Shown piece by piece: positions 9,604 to 17,529 of a stretch of DNA of 64,000 nucleotides (position 1 is its first letter; each line of letters starts with the position of its first letter). The notes under the pieces are model-generated. The model was given only the letters and a program-made list of their open reading frames with translations, did not search any database and was not told the DNA's origin. The stretch lies in the NCBI GenBank assembly GCA_963717935.1, contig CAVQXP010000004.1:640001-704000 (forward strand), read 5' to 3'. Made by a program: the position numbers and the translations under genes. The stretch is from Candidatus Eiseniibacteriota bacterium. Its GTDB lineage: Bacteria > Eisenbacteria > RBG-16-71-46.

Positions 9604-10365
9604 ATGGGACGAATAATCTCAGTTGCCAGCCAGAAGGGCGGCGTTGGCAAGACCACTACTGCGATCAATCTGGGCGCGTGCCTGGCGCAGGAGAGCCGGC
9701 GCGTGCTCATCGTTGATGTGGACCCGCAGGCGAACGCGACGAGCGGGCTCGGGATCAACGGCAATGACCACAAGACCACGATCTATGAGGTCCTCATCGG
9801 CCATGCGGAACTGGCCGAGGCAGTCCTCCCGACGGCGCTGGCGAACCTCGATGTGGTTGTTTCCGGGCAGCGGCTGTCCGGCGCCGAGGTCGAGCTCGTC
9901 GGGGTGATGGCGCGCGAGACCAGGCTCAAGCAGGCCGTTTCCAAGGTGCGCGACCAATACGACTACATCCTGGTGGACAGCCCGCCTTCGCTCGGGTTGC
10001 TCACCGTGAACGCGCTCACGGCCTCTGACTCGGTGCTGATACCCTTGCAGTGCGAGTACCTCGCGCTCGAGGGGTTGACGCAGTTGATTGGTGCCATCCG
10101 ATTGGTTCAGGACCACCTGAATCCTGGCCTCAGAATCGAGGGCGTCCTGTTGACCATGTACGACTCGCGGCTCAACCTTTCGCAGCAGGTCGCGGATGAA
10201 GCGCGGAAATTCTTTGCCGACCGCGTCTACCGCACGGTGATCCCCAGGAACGTGCGGCTGAGCGAGGCGCCCTCCTTCGGGAAGCCCATAGTCCTGTACG
10301 ATCCTCACAGCACAGGCGCCGAGAGTTACCGAGACCTGGCGCGGGAGGTCCTTGACCATGCATAA
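9604..10365 (+). CDS. parA: Chromosome partitioning ATPase ParA/Soj
   Basis: QKGGVGKTTT, DVDPQANAT, DSPPSLG, PLQCEY.ALEG, IPRNVRLSEAPSFG; taagga RBS. Confidence 0.97.
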   Translation: MGRIISVASQKGGVGKTTTAINLGACLAQESRRVLIVDVDPQANATSGLGINGNDHKTTIYEVLIGHAELAEAVLPTALANLDVVVSGQRLSGAEVELVGVMARETRLKQAVSKVRDQYDYILVDSPPSLGLLTVNALTASDSVLIPLQCEYLALEGLTQLIGAIRLVQDHLNPGLRIEGVLLTMYDSRLNLSQQVADEARKFFADRVYRTVIPRNVRLSEAPSFGKPIVLYDPHSTGAESYRDLAREVLDHA

Positions 10366-11221
10366 GAAGGTACTGGGGCGGGGGCTTGAAGCGTTGATAC
10401 CGATTTCCGGCACCGCAACGGCCACGCCCGAGGCTCCCCGGGGCGGAACGTCTGAGTTGCCGGTCGATGAGATCGTCGCGAACCCCTACCAGCCGCGCAC
10501 TCGTTTCGATGAAGAGGCCATCCAGGAATTGGCGGCTTCCATCAGGGCTACGGGCGTTCTCCAGCCCGTCCTCGTCCGCCACACCCCCGGCGCCAGCGGC
10601 TACCAGCTGGTGGCCGGAGAGCGTCGCCTTAGAGCTGCCATTGTTGCTGGCCTCAAGAAGATACCGGTAATCATCAAGGACGTGCAGGACCGGGAGATGA
10701 TGGAGTTGTCCCTGGTCGAGAACATCCAACGCGAGAACCTGAACCCGATGGAGGAGGCGAAGGCCTACCAGACCCTGGTCAAGGAGCTAGGACTGACCCA
10801 CGACCAGGTGTCCGAACGCGTTGGCAAACAGAGGGTCTCGATCACCAACGCGCTGCGGCTCCTCGGCCTTCCGGACGAGGTCCAGGAGATGGTTTCACGT
10901 GAAACACTGAGTGCCGGACATGCACGGGCCCTGCTCGCGATTGACAAGTCCGCGGACCAACTGGCTGCGGCGCGCTACGTCCAGAGCAGGGGATTCTCGG
11001 TGCGACGCACCGAGGCCTTCGTGCGGCGCAAGCTGCGCCGGCTGCACTCGCGGCCTCGCCCGCCGAAGCTCAGCGGGCTGCGGGAGTGGGAGGTCCGGCT
11101 CCAGCAGAAGTTCGCCACACACGTGGCGATCACGCCTGGCCGCAAGGGCGGCAAGGTCGAGTTCGAGTACTACGGGCAGGAGGATCTGGAGCGTCTCTTC
11201 GAAGCCTGGGGAGTTCTCTAG
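10358..11221 (+). CDS. parB: Chromosome partitioning protein ParB/Spo0J
   Basis: LGRGLEALI, NPYQPR, GERRLRA, ENIQRENLNP.EEA, HTH, SAGHARALL. Confidence 0.97.
   Translation: MHKKVLGRGLEALIPISGTATATPEAPRGGTSELPVDEIVANPYQPRTRFDEEAIQELAASIRATGVLQPVLVRHTPGASGYQLVAGERRLRAAIVAGLKKIPVIIKDVQDREMMELSLVENIQRENLNPMEEAKAYQTLVKELGLTHDQVSERVGKQRVSITNALRLLGLPDEVQEMVSRETLSAGHARALLAIDKSADQLAAARYVQSRGFSVRRTEAFVRRKLRRLHSRPRPPKLSGLREWEVRLQQKFATHVAITPGRKGGKVEFEYYGQEDLERLFEAWGVL
10891..10906. promoter_or_regulatory. parS site inside parB (encodes VSRET)
   Basis: ggtttcacgtgaaaca, 15/16 match to TGTTTCACGTGAAACA. Confidence 0.92.
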
Positions 11222-11291
11222 CCGAAGCTCGTCTGGCCGTGGACGGCGGCCACGGCCGCACAGATCGGCCGCATCGCGAGGAGAGAACACG

Positions 11292-11696
11292 ATGTTCCGT
11301 TCGCGCGCACCCGAGGTTGAGGAAGTTCCTGTGCCCAGCGCGCTGATCGGCGTTGGATCGAGTTTCCACGGCACCCTGATGGTTCACGGCACGCTTCGCA
11401 TCGACGGAGAATTCGAGGGGGACATCCTCGACTGCGACCGGCTCGAGATCGGCGAGCATGGTTTGATGCGGGCGGACGTCGAGGTGAAGGAGGCGGTGAT
11501 CCGCGGGCGCGTCCAGGGCAATGTCCGGGCGCTTGGCTCACTCGAGATGAAGCAGGGCGCCCACATCGAGGGCGACGTGGCGGCCGTGAACGTGGTGATC
11601 GAGACCGGCGTCTATTTCACGGGGCGCTGCACGATGCTGGACACGGGGACCGAGGGTGTCCAGATTCAGACGGAGAACACCCGCGCGCGTGGCTGA
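11292..11696 (+). CDS. Bactofilin (polymer-forming cytoskeletal protein)
   Basis: LIGVGSSFHGTL...LRIDGEFEGDI...LEIGEHG.....V....IRGRVQGNV....LE....HIEGDV....VIETG..F.G.C.M beta-helix pattern. Confidence 0.92.
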   Translation: MFRSRAPEVEEVPVPSALIGVGSSFHGTLMVHGTLRIDGEFEGDILDCDRLEIGEHGLMRADVEVKEAVIRGRVQGNVRALGSLEMKQGAHIEGDVAAVNVVIETGVYFTGRCTMLDTGTEGVQIQTENTRARG

Positions 11697-11802
11697 CCTC
11701 CTGCGTGTGGCACCGTGCCCACGGCCGCGATGGGGGGCGCCCATGCGATTCCCACGGCTCCTGCCCCCGGGATCGGCGCCCGGCTCGGACTCAAACGAGA
11801 TC

Positions 11803-13212
11803 ATGCGGCCGAGCGTCCCGCTCCTGGCGAGTCTTGCCGTCCGGCTGTCAGTGTGTCTCGTTGTGGCCTCTGTTACCTGTTGTCTTGCATGTGATTACAG
11901 TATTTCGGCCGGCCCTGATTTGGCCTCGCTCTGGATCCGCGCCCAGGTGGGTTCGTCCGAGTGTGCCACTGCCGTCCCGGACACCGCGGACATCGCGCCC
12001 CGGCCGGTGTCGCTTGCCTCGCTGCCGTGGCCGGACGGCACGCAGGTACTCCGCTTCGAGGACCTCGAAGGCGCAATCCTCGTGCGCGCGAGGCTTGTCT
12101 CGGCGTCCGGCCGTGACACGAGCGGGGTCCTTATCCTCGACACGGGCGCCGGTTTCCTCGCCCTCGACCTCGACCTCGCCCGCCTGTTCGGCGTTGCGGA
12201 CTACGCCTCGGGGGCCGCCGCGGTGGACCTGGCCGCTCGGCCGCTCGCCCGTCTCGAGCTGGGTGGGCTGCAGGTGGACCAGGTCTGGCCCGTGCTCACG
12301 GTGGACGCGGGCGTGATCCGGCGGGTCACCGGCCGGCCCGTCCTGGGGTTGCTCGGGCACGCGCTGTTCCGGGACCGGGTGGTCATGCTCGACTACCTCG
12401 AGGGCATCCTGGTCCTGCTGCCACCCGAGACGGGTCCGGGCTCGCCCTTCAGGGCCGTGGGTCTGGCCCTGGCGCCCGGGGCGGTGCCTGTCCCCTTCCG
12501 GCTGGCTGGCGACGGAAAGGTGCTCGTGAGGGCCCGGGTCTCGGGACGGCGCGGGCCGTCCGCGGAGGAGCTCACCCTGATCGTGGACACGGGGGCGACG
12601 AAGTGCGTGTTCTTCCGGGAGGCGCTCGACCGGCGCCTCCCGGGCTGGGGATCCTGGCCGGCGCTTCGAGGGCTCGGGGCCCCGACGCTCACCGGGGACG
12701 CGAGCGCCGAGCTGGTGCGTGTCCCCGGGATCGAGTTCCGCGCGCCCGGGGCGTCCGTCGCCCGGGGTGGCGTGGACGCGGCCGTGCTCCAGGGGGACCT
12801 GGGCAGGGCGCTCGCTCGAGCCGCCGGCGAGCCGGTGGAGGGTCTGCTCGGCTACTCGTTCCTGAAGCACTACCGGATCGCCCTGGACTACCCACGCCGT
12901 CTGCTCTGGCTCGACGGTTCCCGGGGCGACGTCGCGGACCGTCTCGAGGAGTATTCCCACCCCGGACTTCAGCTCGAGAGCGTGGGTGGAGAGGTCCGGA
13001 TCTTCGCGGTCGCGGAGGGGTCCCCGGCGGCGCACGCGGGGATCCTGGCGGGCGACGTGCTGGTGGCGATCGACGGCGAATCCGTCACGGACCTCGACGT
13101 CGTGGCGGTCGCGCGGAAGCTCGAGGGTGCGCCCGGAACCGCGCTCTTGCTGGGGCTGCGACGTGGTCCACGAGAGTGGACCTGTCGCGTGGTCCGCAAG
13201 CTGCTGCTCTAG
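11803..13212 (+). CDS. Exported aspartyl protease with two retropepsin-like domains and a C-terminal PDZ domain
   Basis: LILDTGAG...GLLG and LIVDTGAT...GLLGYSFL; PDZ GSPAAHAGILAGDVLVAIDG; hydrophobic N-terminus; start uncertain. Confidence 0.85.
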   Translation: MRPSVPLLASLAVRLSVCLVVASVTCCLACDYSISAGPDLASLWIRAQVGSSECATAVPDTADIAPRPVSLASLPWPDGTQVLRFEDLEGAILVRARLVSASGRDTSGVLILDTGAGFLALDLDLARLFGVADYASGAAAVDLAARPLARLELGGLQVDQVWPVLTVDAGVIRRVTGRPVLGLLGHALFRDRVVMLDYLEGILVLLPPETGPGSPFRAVGLALAPGAVPVPFRLAGDGKVLVRARVSGRRGPSAEELTLIVDTGATKCVFFREALDRRLPGWGSWPALRGLGAPTLTGDASAELVRVPGIEFRAPGASVARGGVDAAVLQGDLGRALARAAGEPVEGLLGYSFLKHYRIALDYPRRLLWLDGSRGDVADRLEEYSHPGLQLESVGGEVRIFAVAEGSPAAHAGILAGDVLVAIDGESVTDLDVVAVARKLEGAPGTALLLGLRRGPREWTCRVVRKLLL

Positions 13213-13247
13213 CCTCGCGGGACCCCCTCGACATCCCGGAAACGGCG

Positions 13248-13353
13248 TCCCGATATTTCGTGAAACAGTCGTCTATTTGGAATCCTGCAGACTGGCAACA
13301 TGATGCCGCACATATGAATTGCCGATTTGTCCAAAATCACGACATTTCGTGAA
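13248..13353. repeat. Two copies of a 17-bp imperfect palindrome TC[C/A]CGA-[T/C]ATT-TCGTGAA in a low-GC convergent intergenic island
   Basis: tcccgatatttcgtgaa at 13248-13264 and tcacgacatttcgtgaa at 13337-13353. Confidence 0.75.
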
Positions 13354-13506
13354 TAACCGACTTGAAGGGAAGTGACTGCGGGCTCTCCCGCGACCCCCTC
13401 GGAGGCGCCTCGCCCGCTCGCCGGAACGCTCGAAAGAGCACGTCCCGGCCCTGGCCGAACGTCGCTCTGCGGGCATCCGTGATGGGTCCCGTCGAGCTGC
13501 TCTTCG

Positions 13507-13965
13507 CTAGCTCGCCGCGGCGAGATCCTCGTCTGGCGCATGCAGGGCACGGAGGCGCTCGCACACCTTCTCGACCCGCATCGCGCTCACCGTCTCGACC
13601 GAATAGGGCTCGTCCCAGATCAGGTTCCCGCGCAGCCAGACTCTCAGTTCGGGGTGGGCCTGCAGGAGGGTGAGACCGGTTCGTCCCTTGAGCTGTCGGA
13701 CGGTGCCCGAGACACTCTGCGTGGGGCTCAGCCCGAGGACCAGATGGACGCGCTGCGGCGCGGCCGCGAACTCGACCAGAGTGAAGTCCAGCTCGTCACA
13801 GGTCTGCTGGATCAGGTCGCGGAGGGTTCTGACGTGGCGGTCCCTCAGCACCGGCCGGCGGCCCCGCGTACTCCAGGTGATCACGTAGTGGAGCTGGCTC
13901 CGGTAGACCGGCTCCCAGCGTCCACGCAATGCCTCATCGACCTCGGGGGCGAGATTGCGGTTCAT
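13507..13965 (-). CDS. IS200/IS605 TnpA (Y1_Tnp)-like protein, apparently catalytically degenerate
   Basis: LHYVITWSTRGRRPVL, QRVHLVL (for DHVHLL), LKGRTG, IWDEPYSVETVS fit the TnpA fold; no Tyr in the C-terminal helix; GGAGG RBS at 13973-13977. Confidence 0.82.
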   Translation of the reverse strand: MNRNLAPEVDEALRGRWEPVYRSQLHYVITWSTRGRRPVLRDRHVRTLRDLIQQTCDELDFTLVEFAAAPQRVHLVLGLSPTQSVSGTVRQLKGRTGLTLLQAHPELRVWLRGNLIWDEPYSVETVSAMRVEKVCERLRALHAPDEDLAAAS

Positions 13966-13984
13966 GTTCGTGCCTCCTGTTTGC

Positions 13985-13998
13985 TGAACATCCGTGCA
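13985..13998. promoter_or_regulatory. Candidate LexA (SOS) box upstream of the TnpA-like gene
   Basis: TGAAC-ATCC-GTGCA with C/G flanks, immediately upstream of the RBS; one mismatch to the box at the lexA promoter. Confidence 0.7.
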
Positions 13999-14103
13999 GT
14001 ACACGTACACACTTCTAGATGCCATCAACTGCCTGGGGGGTTCATCCGGTCGACCGCGGTCGCGACTCCCGGGCGGCCGGTGCCCCGGCCCCGGCCACGC
14101 GCC

Positions 14104-14703
14104 CTAGCCGCCCACGGTCCGCAGCACGCCGGTGACCACGCCCAGGATCCGGAAATCCTGGCCCTCGGTCACCTGGATGGGGTCGTATTTCTCGTTCGCC
14201 GGCACGAGCTCGATCCGGTCGGGCCGGGGCCGGTAGTACTTCACCGTGGCCTCCTCGCCGATCAGAGCCACCACGATCGCCCCGGGCTTTGCCTGGTCGC
14301 GCTGCCGGACGATGACGACGTCGCCCTCGAGGATGCCGGCGTCCACCATGCTGTCGCCCCGCACCCGCAGTGCGAACAAGTCGCTCGAGTCGCCAAACGC
14401 CTGTCCCACGTCCAGCCGGTCTTCGATGCACTCCTCGGCCAGGATGGGCTGGCCCGCCGCGACCCGGCCGATCAGCGGGACGCCGATGCCCCGCCCGGTC
14501 GAGGCCAGGCCGCAGCCCCGCGAGACCCCGCCACGGTGCTTCAGGTAGCCCGCCTTTTCGAGCATGGTCAGGTAGTAACGGACCCCGTTGGTCGATGAGA
14601 TGCCGAAGGCCTTCCCGATCTCGCGGATCGTGGGAGGCATGTCGTGCTCATGCTGGAAGCTCCGGATGTAGGACAGGATCTTTCGCGCTCGGTCGTTCAA
14701 CAT
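14104..14703 (-). CDS. lexA: SOS repressor LexA
   Basis: PPTIREIG..FGISSTNGV HTH; VAAG cleavage site; RVRGDSM (Ser); EATVK (Lys). Confidence 0.96.
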   Translation of the reverse strand: MLNDRARKILSYIRSFQHEHDMPPTIREIGKAFGISSTNGVRYYLTMLEKAGYLKHRGGVSRGCGLASTGRGIGVPLIGRVAAGQPILAEECIEDRLDVGQAFGDSSDLFALRVRGDSMVDAGILEGDVVIVRQRDQAKPGAIVVALIGEEATVKYYRPRPDRIELVPANEKYDPIQVTEGQDFRILGVVTGVLRTVGG

Positions 14704-14752
14704 GACTCGCGCCCCCGGTTGGCCTCGTCCACGATGGACGTCGACGGACGGC

Positions 14753-14782
14753 AGGTTAGTGCACAGGCGTGCAGCGTGTCAA
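14753..14782 (-). promoter_or_regulatory. lexA sigma70-type promoter with a LexA box in the spacer
   Basis: Minus strand TTGACA (14777-14782), 18 bp, TAACCT (14753-14758); palindrome TGCAC-N4-GTGCA at 14760-14773. Confidence 0.8.
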
Positions 14783-15174
14783 GGGGCGATTTCGGGCCGT
14801 AACGGCGCGGGCTCCTGCTGGCCGGCGCCCCGTGCACGGCGGCTACGCCGCGTGACGCGGGGCGACAGCGACGCGAAGCGCAGGAGGTGCACCGGGCTCA
14901 GGACGTCCATGCGCTGACGCCGCCTGGTACTCCGTGGACAGTCGCGCCCGGCGGACGCTGTCACGCTCGGCGCGGCGGAGGCGATCGCCCCCGCGGGAAT
15001 CACGACTTGCGCGTTTCCGCCGTCCGCGTCACGTGTTGGTCCGCAGATTGCGATGGGTCGAGATCGAGGTCGCGAGACCTCTGCACGAGAGGCAAGGAGC
15101 GGGGGCCGGGTCCGTGGAGGTTGGCCGCAATCGGGGGCCGGTCGGCTGAAGCGATCCGCCCCGCCACCTTGTCG

Positions 15175-15351
15175 GTCGAGCAGGGCGATCAGGCCCGGCA
15201 CCACATGACCGTGGAGCCGGGCCCCGTCCTTTATAGGGTGCGCAGCGGTCTGCCACTTCCAGCGCTGGGTGAGCCCGGCAGACCCGTTGCGCGGCAGGGG
15301 GGCTCGCAGGACTTCCCGCGCGGGCCGTTGATGAACCCCGCTGCGCTTGGC
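15175..15351 (+). ncRNA. Candidate structured RNA of unassigned family (6S-like rod or cis-regulatory leader)
   Basis: Several long stems readable by eye (15192-99/15216-23; 15240-54/15277-92; 15301-07/15320-26; closing atca/tgat and gcag/ctgc); G-U pairs favour the + strand. Confidence 0.4.
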
Positions 15352-15472
15352 GCTTCGCCGTGTGAATGGAGCGCGTCGTCGCTTCCTTGACTTCGCTCTG
15401 CGCCATCGCGAAGACTCCCCGCGCGCACCATCCGGTTCCGTGTCGTGTCCCGATCGCCTGGAGACCCCATCC

Positions 15473-17509
15473 ATGAGGCGTGCCCGCCAGTTCTTCACCT
15501 GCCTGTCGCTCCTCATGCTGTCGGTCCCTTCCGGCGCGGGCCCCGCGCGATGCGCCGCACCGGCGGACACGGCGAGCGTCGAGGTCGAGGGAGTGACCAT
15601 CTTCGGCACGCGCCCGCTCACGACGCGAGGCGGCAGCAGCGCCATTCGCGCCGTGCTCGATTCGCTGCCGATCCCGGCGGCCGGCAGCCTGGAGCAGGTG
15701 CTGCGCAGTCTGCCCGCGCTCCACGTGCGCACGAACAGCCGCGGCGAGGCCGAGCTCTCGGTGCGGGGCTCCGAATCGCGACAGGTGGCGGTGCTCCTCG
15801 ACGGTGTGCCGCTCACGCTGAGCTGGGATGGCCGCACCGACGTGTCGGTGATCCCGGTGGGCGCGCTCCAGCAGGTGACGCTGGTGCGAGGGCTCTCCAC
15901 GCTGCTCTCCGGACCGAACGTGCTCGGTGGCGCGATCGAGTTCGAGAGCGGCGCGGCCGGCGGACGGCCCGACCCGTCTTCGTTCCAGGTCCGCTCCGGC
16001 GCCGATCAGGTCGGGGCATTCGGCGCCTCGGCCACGATCACCGCTCCCAGGGCGACGCCGGGCGGGGTCCTCACCCTGCGTGCCGGGATCGGTCATCGTG
16101 ATGCCCCGGGCGTCCCGCTCGCCCGGGGGGTCGTCGAGCCGATCCCCTCGGATGATCTCAGGATCAACACGGACCTCACCGAGACCGACGGGTTCGCCTC
16201 GGCCCGCTTCGACCGTGGCGACGGGGGCTGGGTGTCGCTGGCCGGCTCCGCGTTCCGCGCCGAGCGAGGCATCGCCGCGGAACTGGGCGTGGACGGGCCC
16301 CGCTTCTGGCGCTATCCGTACGTCGCCCGCTCGCTCACGGTGCTTTCGGGCGGGAGCGGCGTGCGTCGCGCGCCCTGGGGCGGCGTATCGAGCCTGCGGG
16401 CGAGCTTCGGCCTCGACGTCGGCCGAACGGAGATCGACGCGTTCGATTCGCGGACCTACGAGAACCTCGTCAGCGAGGAAGACGGCGATCAGCGCACGCT
16501 CTCGATGCGCATCCTGGGGACACAGACGTTCGGCCGCCGGGCCGATCTCCGGCTCGGGGTCACGAGCGGCGATCTGACCTACGACGAGCACCTCCAGCCG
16601 GGCAGCACCAGCCGTTACCGGCACCGGCTGTGGAGCGTCGCCGGGGAGTCCATGGTCCGGCTGCCCTTCGCGGCCGGCGGCGGGCTGGACGAGATCGACC
16701 TGAGCCTGGGTGGGGCGTTCGACCGCTCCACCAACCCGCTCGCGGGCGGCAAGACCGCCCTCGGCCCTCGTAACGAGTGGGGCGGGCGCGCCGGCGTGAG
16801 CGCCCTGCTCGCCGACGGAGCCGTGACAATGCACGCGAGCACGAGCCGGCGGGCGCGATTCCCGTCGCTGCGCGAGCTCTACTCGGGGGCGCTCGGCAAG
16901 TTCGACCCCAACCCGGACCTCGTGCCCGAGAAGCTCGTCGCGACCGAGGCCGGCGTCACGCTGCGCGGTCCATCGGGAACGCTTCAGCTGGTCGGCTACC
17001 GGCAGCGCCTGAGCGACGCCGTCGTGCGCATCAAGGTCGGAAGCCTGTACCGCCGCGTGAACCAGGAGGGCATCCGGAGCACCGGGGTGGAGTTGCTGGG
17101 TTCGCGCACCATCGGGTGGCTCACGCTCGGAGGGAACCTCGTCGCCCAGTCGGTAGAGCTGCTCGATCCGAGCGCCGCGCTCGAACATCCCGAGAACCTG
17201 CCCGAGGTGAGCGGCGGCCTGCACGTGGAGATGTCGCTCCCGCACCGCCTGGCGCTCGGCGCGGGCACGCGTTACATCGGCGAGCAGTTCGCGATCGATC
17301 CCAACAGCGGGGACCTGGCCACGCTTCCCGCCCGTGCGCGGGTGGACGCGGATCTCGGCCACACCTGGAGCTTCGGACCGGGCCCGGGCGGGGTCTCGAC
17401 GCTCCACGCCCGGATCGCGGCGGAGAACCTGACGGACGAAGCGATCTACGACGCGTTCGGTCTCCCCGAGCCGGGCCGCACGATCCGCCTCGAGCTGAGA
17501 CTGCAGTAG
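15473..17509 (+). CDS. TonB-dependent outer membrane receptor
   Basis: Signal peptide; plug SVRGS...VAVLLDGVP...VTLVRG....GPNVLGGAI; barrel RFPSLRELY, NPDLVPE, ENLTD..Y...PGRTIRLELRLQ. Confidence 0.9.
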   Translation: MRRARQFFTCLSLLMLSVPSGAGPARCAAPADTASVEVEGVTIFGTRPLTTRGGSSAIRAVLDSLPIPAAGSLEQVLRSLPALHVRTNSRGEAELSVRGSESRQVAVLLDGVPLTLSWDGRTDVSVIPVGALQQVTLVRGLSTLLSGPNVLGGAIEFESGAAGGRPDPSSFQVRSGADQVGAFGASATITAPRATPGGVLTLRAGIGHRDAPGVPLARGVVEPIPSDDLRINTDLTETDGFASARFDRGDGGWVSLAGSAFRAERGIAAELGVDGPRFWRYPYVARSLTVLSGGSGVRRAPWGGVSSLRASFGLDVGRTEIDAFDSRTYENLVSEEDGDQRTLSMRILGTQTFGRRADLRLGVTSGDLTYDEHLQPGSTSRYRHRLWSVAGESMVRLPFAAGGGLDEIDLSLGGAFDRSTNPLAGGKTALGPRNEWGGRAGVSALLADGAVTMHASTSRRARFPSLRELYSGALGKFDPNPDLVPEKLVATEAGVTLRGPSGTLQLVGYRQRLSDAVVRIKVGSLYRRVNQEGIRSTGVELLGSRTIGWLTLGGNLVAQSVELLDPSAALEHPENLPEVSGGLHVEMSLPHRLALGAGTRYIGEQFAIDPNSGDLATLPARARVDADLGHTWSFGPGPGGVSTLHARIAAENLTDEAIYDAFGLPEPGRTIRLELRLQ

Positions 17510-17529
17510 CGGCGCAGCGTTCCCGCCCC

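Noticed and set aside
13231..13372. oriC / DNA unwinding element or dif site
   Set aside because: At most one weak DnaA-box-like 9-mer (ttgtccaaa) and no box cluster; no XerC/XerD arms
13507..13965. Active IS200/IS605 element or TnpB/IscB system
   Set aside because: Catalytic residues missing; no tnpB/iscB ORF; no clear left/right end pair
15230..15330. Cobalamin riboswitch upstream of the TonB receptor (gccact and gagcccggcagacc resemble B12-box parts)
   Set aside because: The core GGGAA..GGTG..AATCC and ACTGT elements are not present on the sense strand
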